DNA of 55,132 nucleotides from Folioceros fuciformis (taxonomy: Eukaryota): positions 161,554 to 216,685 of the forward strand of contig JBNGIO010006348.1 of NCBI GenBank assembly GCA_049999805.1, in the 5' to 3' direction. Shown here piece by piece: positions 12,552 to 22,786 of the stretch. The translations under genes were made by a program, and so were the position numbers. Within the stretch, counting starts at the first letter, position 1; the number at the start of each line of letters is the position of its first letter. Under the pieces are notes generated by a model. The model was not told the DNA's origin. It saw nothing but the letters and a program-made list of their open reading frames with translations, and did no database searches.

Positions 12552-13000
12552 CACCCGTGAAGAAACCAACCTTCTCATGCACTCTTGAAGGAACCAACCT
12601 TCTCACGCACCCGTAAAGGAACCAACCTTCTCACGCACCCGTAAAGGAACCAACCTTCTCACGCACCCTTGAAGAAACCAACCTTCTCACGCACCCCTAA
12701 CCCTAAACCAACCTTCTCATGCACCCTTGAAGAGACCAACCTTGTCTCCCACCCGTGAAGAAACCAACCTTCTCACGCACCCTTGAAGAGACCAACCTTG
12801 TCTCCCACCCGTGAAGAAACCAACTTTCTCACGCACTCGTGAAGAAACCAACTTTCNNNNNNNNNNAACCAACTTTCTCACGCACTCGTGAAGAAACCAA
12901 CTTTCTCACGCACCCGTGAAAAAACCAACCTTTGCACGCACCCCTAACCCTAAACCAACCAACCCTAAACCCTAAACCCAACCTTCTCATGCTCCCGGCA
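12552..13000. repeat. 28-29-bp minisatellite (AACCAACCTTCTCACGCACCCGTGAAGA) with embedded telomere-like CCCTAA/CCCTAAA units; spans a 10-N gap
   Basis: About 15 tandem units. CCCTAACCCTAAACC near 12695 and 12942; AACCCTAAACCCTAAACCC at 12961-12979. Confidence 0.9.
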
Positions 13001-13982
13001 AAGAAACAATGTTTGAAACATACGCCTATGATCCCGGTTTCCCACGTCCAACCCATTTCCCACGTCTCCAAGTGTAGTAGGCAGGACACAAAGTGCAGCG
13101 CCGTCGCATGTGCGGCCTTTTCCTGATTTGTTACTTCTGCGACCCACCTCGTTCTCTGACAGGTCCAGGTCGCGGAGGCGGAGTGGGGTTCGCTCTTAGA
13201 GCAATGCGCAGATGGGCTAGCCTGCGCGCATTTATCTTGATCCGCGAGATATTCAACAGGCGAGGCGTGCCGCTGTGGGCCAGGACCTCACGGGACGCAC
13301 TTCCCAGCCTTCAACCACCGATCGGATTCAGCTGTTGTACGGAGGATCTTGCATTGAGCGATCGATCGTGAGGGTCTCGCATTGGCAGCGAGAACGAGCG
13401 CCCGGACTTCCGAGCAAGGCTTCTCCACCGGATCCGCCGTCAGCTGTAGGAGATTCCGTACTAGCTGCGAGTGGAAGAATGGCCCGTCCTTGCCCGATTC
13501 GTTGGCCAGGTACACATCAAAACATCTGAGATGTGGAAGCCGAGGCCCACGCTGGCCTTCATCAGTCGCCAAGATCGTCCAGGAGCTCCACCAGGCCAGC
13601 AGGAAGCGGTACCGGACCCTGTTACTCGCTGGTGAGCTTCCAACTCTCCATGCCTCCTTTTGTTGAGCCAGCACACAGCCGCTCCTACCACGCGGATGAA
13701 GGAAACCTGCTGCCCTCGGATGCTCTGGCCGGGCTCCGGCTCCCGCGTCTGTGTTCTGCAGCTGCTGCCTGGATGCCGCTGTGGCTGGGCTCCACGTCTC
13801 TGTTACGTCTTTTCGTTTGCGCGTCCCGCGACCACTCGAAGTCGGTGGTAAGGTGAATCATCTCCCAGAACCGTTCGAGCTAGACAATGTCGGCTATGGC
13901 CGACTGGAGAGTTCTCATTGGCGAGCAAATTTTAGCATCAAACATTCGCATCAGTGTATAGGGCACAAGCAAGGAAACACGC

Positions 13983-16900
13983 ATGGTGCTCGTCTCATCA
14001 GCCATGGCGGCGCGGAGCCATCCAGCTCCCTTGGCAAGCCATGAAGCCGCGAGGTGCAATTCACTTATAAGACCGCCAGCCTGTCCGCGAACATGTACGA
14101 ATGGTGGGCAGGCGATTCAGGCGGGTAACAGACCAGACACCAACGGCTTCCGGCCTACACTACACGAATGGAGGGTGACTGTGAAGATGGTGAGCAATCT
14201 ATGTGAGCAGGGACATGTGAGTGAGGGTGTTGAGGCTTTGGGCTGTCTGGTGGAGGGAGGCTGGGGTGTTCCAGCATCTCTTTTTTACTCTGTGCTGAAG
14301 GCGTGCGTTCTGAAGGAGGATGTGGTGGTAGGTCGCCGTGTGCATGCTTTTATGGTGAGGCAGGGGTACTGGGGGGACTCGTTCCTGTGCAATCACATGC
14401 TGCGGATGTATGCGTCTCATGGGAGGTTGGGGGAGGCGATGGATGTGTTTGGCATGGTTCCGGAACCGGATGCCTTTATGTGGTCTTCCATCATCTCTGC
14501 CCATGTGAAATGCGGGCGGGACAAGCAGGCGTTAGATTTGTATGGTCGGATGAGTAGGTCAAGCGTCAAGGCAGATGGGCATGTGTTTGTGGCGGCACTT
14601 CAGGCTTGTGCAAGGGGACGGAACTTGAGAGCTGGACAGGAGCTGCATGCTGATGTGTTGGCCTGTGGGCTTGGGTATGACTTGTTTGTGGGCAATGGCT
14701 TGGTGGACATGTATGCCAAGTGTGGCAGCTTGGAGGACGCTCGGAGAGTGTTTGACGGGCTTGGTCAGAAAGATGTGGTGACATGGACTGCTCTGATTGC
14801 AGGGTATTCCCAGCATGGCATGGGAAAGGAAGCGCTTCGTGTGTACCGGGCTATGCAAGAGGAAGGCGTCGTTGTGCCCAATTCGGTGACTTTCGTGTCC
14901 CTATTGCAGGCATGTGCAAGTGTGGGCACCTCGGCTCTGGAGACGGGGAAGGAGCTTCACTCACATATCAGAGAAGGACGGCATTCTGCTGATGTGCTTG
15001 TTGCCAACAGTCTAGTGAACATGTATGCAAAATGTGGCAGCCTGGAAGAGGCTCAACGAGTCTTCGACGGTCTGGGCCAAAAGGATGTGGTGACCTGGAC
15101 TGCGCTAATTGCAGGCTATTCCCAGCAGGGCATGGGCCAGGAAGCTATCCGCCTGTACAGTGCCATGCAACTTGGGGGCATCGCTGTGCCCAATTCCATC
15201 ACGTTTGTGTGCCTCTTGCAGGCTTGTGCAAGCGTAGGCTCTGGGGCATTGGAGAAAGGGAAGGAGCTTCATACACAAATCAGAAAACTTGGACACGAAT
15301 CTGATGTGTATGTAGGTAGCAGTTTGGTGAACATGTATGCTAAATGTGGGAGCTTGGAGGACGCTCAAAACGTCTTCGATAACCTTGCCCAAAAAAATGT
15401 GGTGACCTGGACGGCGCTAATTGCAGGATATTCCCAGCAGGATATGGGCCCGCAGGCTCTTAGTCTTTACAGTGTTATGCAAGCAGAAGGTATCGCTGTG
15501 CCAAATGCTGTGACATTTGTGTGCCTCCTGCAAGCATGTGTGACGGTCGGCTTTCCAGCTTTGGAGATCGGGAAGCAGCTCCATGCACAAATTAGAGAAC
15601 AGGGACATGGGAGTGATGTGTTTGTAGCTAGCAGCTTGGTGTGCATGTATGTAAAGTGTGGCAGCCTTGAAGATGGCCGAAGAGTGTTTGACCAGCTTGG
15701 TCAAAAGGGTGAGGTAGCGTGGAATGCCATGGTGGCAGGGCTTTCTCAGGAAGGCAGGGACCGGGAAGCCCTTTCCCTCTACCGTGAAATGCAAGAAGAG
15801 GGTATTTCTGTATCCAATTCCGTGACGTTTGTTTGCCTCCTGCAAGCGTGCGCAAGTCTAGGCACCCCAGCACTGGAGACTGGAAAGCAGCTCCATACAC
15901 AACTTACAGAATGTGGACACCAAGCGGATGTGTTTGTAGCCAGTAGTTTGGTGAACATGTATGCAAAGTGCGGCAGCGTGGAGAATGCCCAGGCAGTGTT
16001 TGATGGACTCGTCGAAAAGAATGTAGTGACATGGACTGCCATGATAGGAGGGTTTTCGCAACACGGCATGGGGCAGGAGGCCCTTCGTCTGTATAGTGCT
16101 ATGCAGGGAGAAGGTATTGTTGTACCCAATGCTGTGACATTTGTGTGCCTTCTACAGGCCTGTGCAAGTTTGGGCGCCCCAGCTTTGGAGGAGGGAAAGC
16201 AGCTCCATACACAGCTCAGGGAGCTAGGACATCAAGCTGATGCATTTGTAGCTAACGGTGTCGTAAACATGTATGCAAAGTGTGGCAGCTTGGAAGATGC
16301 TCAAAAAGTGTTCGAGGGACTTGGGCAAAAAGATGTGGTTACGTGGAATGCCATGATAGCAGGGTATTCCCAGCAGGGAATGGGGCAAGAGGCCCTTGGT
16401 CTCTATAGGGCTATGCAAGAAGAAGGCACCACCGTACCAGATTCTGTGACATTTTTGTCTCTTCTGCAGGCATGTGCAAATGTGGCCGCGTTGCATCTGG
16501 GTAGGGAACTACATGCGCAGATTGAAGAGCAAGGGCTTCAAGTTGACATGTCAGTAGCCAGCAGTTTGATCCACATGTATGGAAAATGTGGGAGCATGTT
16601 CGATGCACAGCTTGTTTTTGATGCATTGCCTAAGAGAAATAGCGCTACTTGGGGTGCACTGATTGCAGGCTATAGCTCTCAAGGAGACAGTGTTATGGTT
16701 TTCCTCTTGGTCGAGAGAATGAAAGAAGATGGCATACAGCCAGGGGCCATCACATTCCTTAGTGTGTTAACAGTATGTAGTCATGCGGGTCTGGTAAACA
16801 GAGGGAGAGACTGTTTCGACGCTATGAGCAGGCAATACGGGATCAATCCAGCGGTGGAGCACTACACATGCATGGTGGATCTCCTGGGCCGTGCAGGCCA

Positions 16901-17285
16901 ACTGGACGAGGCACTAGCCATAGTAAGGGCCATGTCTATCCTGCCTGATTCATCAGTTTGGCACACTCTGCTGGGTGCCTGCCAGAAGTGGAGAAACGTG
17001 GAGGTGGGACGCCAAGCTTTTGACCAAGCACTAAAGCTAGATGAGCAAGATGCCGTAGCATATGTGTTGATGTGCAATATCTACAGGGCAGCACAGATGT
17101 GGGAGGAGGCACGGAAGGTGCAGGTTAGGAGAACAAGAACCAGAGCATGGAAGCAGGCAGGTCAGAGCTGGTGGACCGACATCGATGGACTGGTGCACAG
17201 TTTTTTGGTTGGGGATGAAAAGCAACCCGAGCGCTTTTCAAGACAGAAGGTTCATAAGTTCAGGGAGGCACAAGTCTGCAGTTGA
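13983..17285 (+). CDS. PLS-class pentatricopeptide repeat protein with E1-E2-E+ (WW-type, no DYW); putative organellar RNA editing factor, about 27 motifs
   Basis: 1100-aa intronless ORF with repeated P (DVVTWTALIAGYSQ), L (NSVTFVCLLQAC) and S (SLVNMYAKCGSLEDA) motifs, then P2-L2-S2 (VCSHAGLV, HYTCMVDLLGRAG), E domains and KQAGQSWWTD..G.VHSF.VGD. The true start may involve upstream exons. Confidence 0.95.
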   Translation: MVLVSSAMAARSHPAPLASHEAARCNSLIRPPACPRTCTNGGQAIQAGNRPDTNGFRPTLHEWRVTVKMVSNLCEQGHVSEGVEALGCLVEGGWGVPASLFYSVLKACVLKEDVVVGRRVHAFMVRQGYWGDSFLCNHMLRMYASHGRLGEAMDVFGMVPEPDAFMWSSIISAHVKCGRDKQALDLYGRMSRSSVKADGHVFVAALQACARGRNLRAGQELHADVLACGLGYDLFVGNGLVDMYAKCGSLEDARRVFDGLGQKDVVTWTALIAGYSQHGMGKEALRVYRAMQEEGVVVPNSVTFVSLLQACASVGTSALETGKELHSHIREGRHSADVLVANSLVNMYAKCGSLEEAQRVFDGLGQKDVVTWTALIAGYSQQGMGQEAIRLYSAMQLGGIAVPNSITFVCLLQACASVGSGALEKGKELHTQIRKLGHESDVYVGSSLVNMYAKCGSLEDAQNVFDNLAQKNVVTWTALIAGYSQQDMGPQALSLYSVMQAEGIAVPNAVTFVCLLQACVTVGFPALEIGKQLHAQIREQGHGSDVFVASSLVCMYVKCGSLEDGRRVFDQLGQKGEVAWNAMVAGLSQEGRDREALSLYREMQEEGISVSNSVTFVCLLQACASLGTPALETGKQLHTQLTECGHQADVFVASSLVNMYAKCGSVENAQAVFDGLVEKNVVTWTAMIGGFSQHGMGQEALRLYSAMQGEGIVVPNAVTFVCLLQACASLGAPALEEGKQLHTQLRELGHQADAFVANGVVNMYAKCGSLEDAQKVFEGLGQKDVVTWNAMIAGYSQQGMGQEALGLYRAMQEEGTTVPDSVTFLSLLQACANVAALHLGRELHAQIEEQGLQVDMSVASSLIHMYGKCGSMFDAQLVFDALPKRNSATWGALIAGYSSQGDSVMVFLLVERMKEDGIQPGAITFLSVLTVCSHAGLVNRGRDCFDAMSRQYGINPAVEHYTCMVDLLGRAGQLDEALAIVRAMSILPDSSVWHTLLGACQKWRNVEVGRQAFDQALKLDEQDAVAYVLMCNIYRAAQMWEEARKVQVRRTRTRAWKQAGQSWWTDIDGLVHSFLVGDEKQPERFSRQKVHKFREAQVCS

Positions 17286-19375
17286 AGAGCGGCGAATGTT
17301 CATATTTATCAGCGCTCCTCCCGGTATTTGTCCGGAGTTGAAGGCGTTTAAGATCCTCGCCGAATTGCTGTGCTTGACGCTCCTGGTGAGGTGCCTTGGA
17401 TTGAAATGCCTACGCTGCTTGAAGACCCTTAATTTGTGTGTCTTTTTCTATGGAGGACGCTGGTGAGGTGACGCTTCATATGTTACAGGGCATGAAAGGA
17501 GGTAGCTCCAGATCTCTTCAAAGGACCCTCAGGCGGCTGGCAAACCGGCAGGAAGACGAACTCCACCAAATCTCACAGATTCCAAGGACAACAGGTGCAT
17601 GCGATGGCTTCCCTCATGGATGCATGTCTTGTCTCGCAACATGCGTTTTTCTTTTACTTGCGCGTCACGCTGCAGTGTCTCACTTCGCTCCCTTGGCATG
17701 ATTGAAGAGGAGCAGGCGCAGCAGAATCTGATTGCTGGACCCACGTCTTACAAATAGCCCCTGGGTGCTCTCCGAGAATTCTACCCGAAGCTCATTTTCG
17801 AGGAGAAGCTAGAACATAATACCCTGCACCAAGTGTTGGAATTCGTTAGGATGAGGCATCAGTGGAAGTTCAGGTGAGGCAAATGCGCTCTCCAAAATTC
17901 GGAGGCATCGTTAGTGGGCAGTACAGTTCCATGTGGATATCTACCTGGTGAAGAGCAGGCTAGATCAATGACGTGTCGGAAGCCCGGGTGACTAGGGTCT
18001 GCTTCGATGCTTCTGGAGGCATCTTCTGCCGCCAGATGGGGCGGCTGAAGATCGTGCTGGCCTGGATGTGAACACTCTGGCAACTGAAAGTGTGGCCATC
18101 AATGCTCTGTGGCTGGTGTGACATCAGCAGGTGACTTTTCCCTCTTGTACTTCTAGTGGACACGGGTGACCTCATTTATGCTCCAGGGCTCATCTCCTCG
18201 ATTTTAATTTTTGACAGCCGGTCATATTCTCGGCTAGGGAGTCGGTCCCGGGGCTGGTCTGTCATTGCCAACCAGCAAGGTGCTGCTCATTCTCAGGTCC
18301 CAGTAGTTGGCCCCCTCCACCTGCCCACTTTACTCCTCTTGGAAGTTCCACCTACTGGTACTCCTGCACTTGTATGTACATACTGGGATACTGGAACACA
18401 TTCCTTCGAGTTGCTAACACGCTGTGCGATAACTGGCAGTGTGATCACCAAGCCAAGAAATTTGTACTGCATTGCCGAGGCACTCAAGCATGCCAAATGT
18501 TGGAAAGCAAGTTGTGAGATCTTCGGAGTCTTGGTGTGTCCGAGTTACTACGGTGTGTACAAGCATGTACAAGTCAAAGCCATGAGTCAAGCCCGATTCG
18601 CATGAACGTACGTCCCTGCCAGTGCTTGCTGTGAAGCACTGACCGAGCCGCACTTGAATAGACTGGGTTACTGAGGATACACATGTCTGGAGGTCCAGGA
18701 CGCATGAACATGTGCATGTACAGAGCACCATGTGTATGTGTATGTTCGCTGTACAAAAATGTGAAGCATGGCGAGGACGGTGAATTCAAACTGGAGCAAT
18801 TGGGTGTTAATTAGAGTAGTGTGTTACGGCACTGGAAGATTGCGATCCGGTGGGTGCAGTAGTACCTGATTCTGAGAGGCACTGACAAGCCCGCGAGGTG
18901 GCATTTGTTTATTGCTGCGGTGTGCTGCCGCTCATCTGTGATTGCTCGGATCCGCTGCCAGCGGGCTGACCGACGGCTCGCCGCCCGATCAGGCGCCGGT
19001 GAGCATTTGTTGCAGGCTGTGTGAGTAGTATAGGCGAAGGTTCTGTAGTTTGCCGGAGGGCACGGTGGGCTCTGGGCAGCTGCTGCGCTTTTGAGAGCTT
19101 CCAGGAGCTGGAGGAGTTTCCGACAGCTAGGAGTGTGGTGGTCAATCATACGGAGATTCCGCGTCTTAGTGCTCTGGATTGGCATGGTTTCAGCTGGCTC
19201 ATTGCTGGGTGGAGATGCGGCGGCGGCGGGAATGACGCTCGGTGCACGGGAAGTGGGTTCCGAAGGGAGTGGTAGATGCCAGCTGCTTCCGGTTTGAGTA
19301 GGTTTGAGGCAGATTGGGGAGATTTAGGGAAGTTGGTGTTTCGAGGATCGTTTGCAGGTGAGAGATGTGCTGAGG

Positions 19376-20419
19376 ATGGGCAAAGGAAGAGGTAGTTGCT
19401 GCAGCTCAAGCCCCGAGGTTCCTTCGGAGCCTGAGCAATTTCGTCCAGGTGAGCTCCCTCTCTCTGGTTGCCTAAAGGGTACTGTATTCCCGAGAAGCGG
19501 TTGAACTCAATATCGGGTTTGGCAGATTCTCCTTCCAGGTCCCCAGTGCTGCCAGCTGGGAAGCTGAAGATCTACATCATGTGAGTGAGTGGTGTGCTGT
19601 GAGATGGTCCAGTGGTAGATTGGTGGTGTGAAGCCGTGACAGTAGCTCACGGCTTGTTGGCAATGGCAGTTATTACAGCCTGTTTGGTCATATTGCCACC
19701 CTGGCTAAGAAGATCAAGGAAGGAGTGGACAGCGTTGACGGTGTTGAGGCGCATCTGTTTCAAGTCCCCGAGACGCTGACAGATGACGTGTTGGCCAAGA
19801 TGGTGGCTCCGCGAAAGGACCCAGCAGTGCCCATCATCCAGCCGGAGCAGATGGTAGAAGCTGACGGGCTCATATTCGGGTTTCCCACCAGGTTTGGGTC
19901 GATGGCGGCTCAGATGAAACAGTTTTTTGATTCCACTGGCCAGCTGTGGAAGGGTCAGAAGCTAGCGGGCAAGCCTGCTGGGCTGTTTGTGAGCACTGGA
20001 TCACAGGGAGGTGGACAGGAGACCACGGCGTAAGTTTCATATGACTTGCGTTTTGCCCAGTTGGAATATTGCAGCTGTCTCTCTCGCTCCTGTGTGTCTT
20101 GAGCGTGGTTGCTGTGAGTATGGGCAATGTCAAGTACAACTGTGGACGGTTACGGTACGTTCAGTGCTGTGGTAAACTCTTTGTGAATTTTTGCAGGTTA
20201 ACAGCAATCACTCAACTGGTGCACCACGGTATGCTATTTGTTCCCATTGGCTACACTTTCGGCAAGGGGATGTTCGCCTTAGATGAGCCACGAGGTGGAT
20301 CCCCCTACGGTGCGGGAACTCTTACAGAGAATGGATCAAGGCAGCCCTCCCAACTGGAGATGGATCTGGCTGTACATCAAGGACGACGCACGGCTCAAAT
20401 AGTTAGAAGGTTGGGTTGA
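19376..20419 (+). CDS. Flavodoxin-like NAD(P)H:quinone oxidoreductase (WrbA/FQR1-like, N-terminally extended type); 4 exons: 19376-19448, 19526-19580, 19670-20029, 20197-20419 (236 aa)
   Basis: GT-AG splicing gives a 711-nt frame: MGKGRGSCC...KIYIIYYSLFGH...FQVPETL...ADGLIFGFPTRFG...[35 protein letters not shown]...GGSPYGAGT. Confidence 0.93.
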
Positions 20420-21144
20420 TTCCCTTTTCTCAATATTCAAAACTGCGTTTCTTGTGAGGGGTGTGATGCCTAACGTCCTCTCGCCGAATTCTTTGGCCAG
20501 ACCCTCGGGCTCCCTATTGTAGCCTAAGTCTATGTCCTTGTAATCCTTCTCAGTGCAGTGACGATCCTCAACTCAGTAAAGAGCTGGCACACAAAGGCAC
20601 TTGAGAAACAGTCGGATTTAAGCTTTTATGTGCTATCAGCTTTATTATCACTTACAAAGTTTGAACCATCAGGGCAACTAGTTTTCCCTTAAAAGGCTCT
20701 GTGCTTCAGAGCACAACCCAGTGCGTTGCGTGCATCACTGCCTGACCAATCACAAACTCCCAACTGTAAACAGGGCGGTCCGGCGAGGAACCGTGTTGTG
20801 CTTTCGCCGACAGCAGCCACTCACCGATACTACCGAGTGCGTGATGCTGCCTGAGATCCCAAAGTATGAGGTTCCCTCAGGTGTAGCAAACCGCTTTTGG
20901 TTTCCGGGTGACACCATGGTGCGATTCACAGGAAGACATTTCCCTGAGGATCCAAGACTGGCACCTGTCAACAGCGGTACGTTTCTTGTGAGGTATCCTC
21001 CTTTACTCGCGACATTGCGAGCGAAGTCACGGTTGGAAACGATGAGAAGAAGGCAGTTAACGTCACCAAAAACTCGACATATTTCACGTTAGGGACACAG
21101 TCAGAAATCCGGATGTAGACGCAGCTGTTCCATGCTCGACTTCA

Positions 21145-22786
21145 CTACGTCCCTTGTTCTGCACCCAGTTTTTCCAAGAAACGAGAGGTCTCTTCAGTGA
21201 TCCCATGCTTGGAGTTGGTGGTGACAAAGGAGACCCATGTCATACTAGTTGGTTTCGGTAAGCCGTGCAGCACATTAACGGCGTCCTGTGGGCTGTCACA
21301 CCTCACAAACATGTCCACAACCGCTACCTGCAATACCAAATCTGATCCCAGCCCTCTCTTGCAGGTGTGGGCGTAAATCCTTCGGCCTTCCTCAGCAGCC
21401 TTGAGGCTGGCACACGCATACAGGGCCCACACATACGTGATGGCGTTGGGTTTGGCATCATCCAGCAGTAACTGCTTGTAAAGCTTCAAAGCCTCCTTGC
21501 CATCTTGGTGTGTAACATATCCTTCGAGCATGGTGTTCCATGAAACAATATCCCTGTACCGCATTTTGTAAAAGACGTCTCTCGCAGACTCCATGCTGCG
21601 ACATGTAGTGTACATTAATATGATTGCATTCTCGATGAGCATGTCTAGTTCACAGCCACTGTTGACTATTTTGTTGTGAATGTCGCGGCAATGCTGCAAA
21701 GAACCAGTATTAGCACATGCGCCCAGGACCTGGACACAAGTCTCAGTGGTGGGTTTGACACCGGAAACCTGCATTTGCTCGAAGAGTTTGATGGCTTCCA
21801 TAACATAACCTCCATTAGCACATGCTCTTATCATCTCCGACCATAGTGCCTCAGGTCTCTTAGGTAGGTGTTCGAAGACTGCAAATGCTGCCTGTATGTT
21901 CCCACACTTGGCGTACATGGCAACAAGTGCTGTCCCCACATAGCTATCCCCTGCAAACTCGCTATTCATAATTCGCTTATGAACTTGGCTGCCTTCCTTC
22001 AGAGATGATGCATCCCCGCATGCTTTCAGGACGGAAGAAAAAGTGGATCTATCTGGCCTGAATCCTTCTAGACACATCCGCTCAAACATCTTAAAAGCAT
22101 GAATACCATGACCATATTGAGCATATCCAGCAATCAAACCGTTCCAAGATACCACGTTACGTTGTCTCATGCTCTCGAATAGTTGGCGCGCTGACCTCGT
22201 GCAACCACACTTTCCGTACATTTCTATGAGAGCATTGCTCACAAAAAGATCTGAATCAAACCCGTAGTGGATGACCAGGTCGTGTATCTGCCTGCCGTCC
22301 TCCAGGTTTGTTATGCTTGTGCAGGCATTGAGGGCAGCCACCAAGACAAACTTGTTAGGCTTCACTCCCTCACGGATCATCTCCCGAAAGGCTCTCAGTG
22401 CCTCGGTGTTATGCTTGAGCTTCACATACCCTCTAATGAGAACGTTCCATATGAAAACATTCTGCTTTTTCAAATCATTTGCAAAGTTCCTCGTTTTCCG
22501 AAAAGCAGTTCTTGCAAGACCCATTTTCCCACAGGCAGCATACATCCTAACCAGAAGAACTCCAAGATAGAAGCTGGACTGCAATCCAGCACGGTTGATG
22601 TGCGCATGTACCCGCTTGCCTTGAACGAGGGCTTGCCTCTTCATGCAAGCAAGCAGGAGAATACTGTATGTTTCAGTTCCTAGCGACCAAATCCCTTGGT
22701 GGTCCATGTTTTCCAGGATGTCTACAGCATCTTGCAGACGATTCTCAGCACATAGTCGAATGACATCGTCCGATTGCCCTGATAAC
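21145..22786 (-). CDS. Main exon of a divergent PLS-class PPR protein with no E/DYW extension; N-terminal exon(s) probably lie in 22950-23730
   Basis: 520-aa ORF of P/L/S motifs (NVFIWNVLIRGY, NALIEMYGKCG, NVVSWNGLIAGYAQ). The frame continues upstream (DVIRLCAENRLQDAVDIL) to a TGCAG acceptor next to 22786. It stops at 21145 with no E motif. Confidence 0.88.

Noticed and set aside
12940-12980. True telomere or chromosome end
   Set aside because: Only 2-3 CCCTAAA-like units embedded in a minisatellite, with genes on both sides.
12552-13000. CRISPR-like array of 28-29-bp repeats
   Set aside because: The units are directly adjacent with no unique spacers, the context is eukaryotic and there are no cas genes; it is a minisatellite.
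13093-13980. Separate small gene upstream of PPR gene 1
   Set aside because: Overlapping short ORFs with no recognisable domain; more likely promoter, 5' UTR or unresolved 5' exons of the PPR gene.
17285-17440. Frameshifted DYW or DYW:KP (U-to-C) domain after PPR gene 1
   Set aside because: No HSE/HAE, CxxC or terminal tripeptide motif found by eye downstream.
1116-20419. Bacterial origin or HGT of bioB- and wrbA-like genes
   Set aside because: Both have spliceosomal introns and plant-type N-terminal extensions; they are ordinary plant nuclear genes.
20721-21092. 123-aa plus-strand ORF
   Set aside because: No recognisable motif, non-ATG start, and it lies in the convergent 3' region of two genes.
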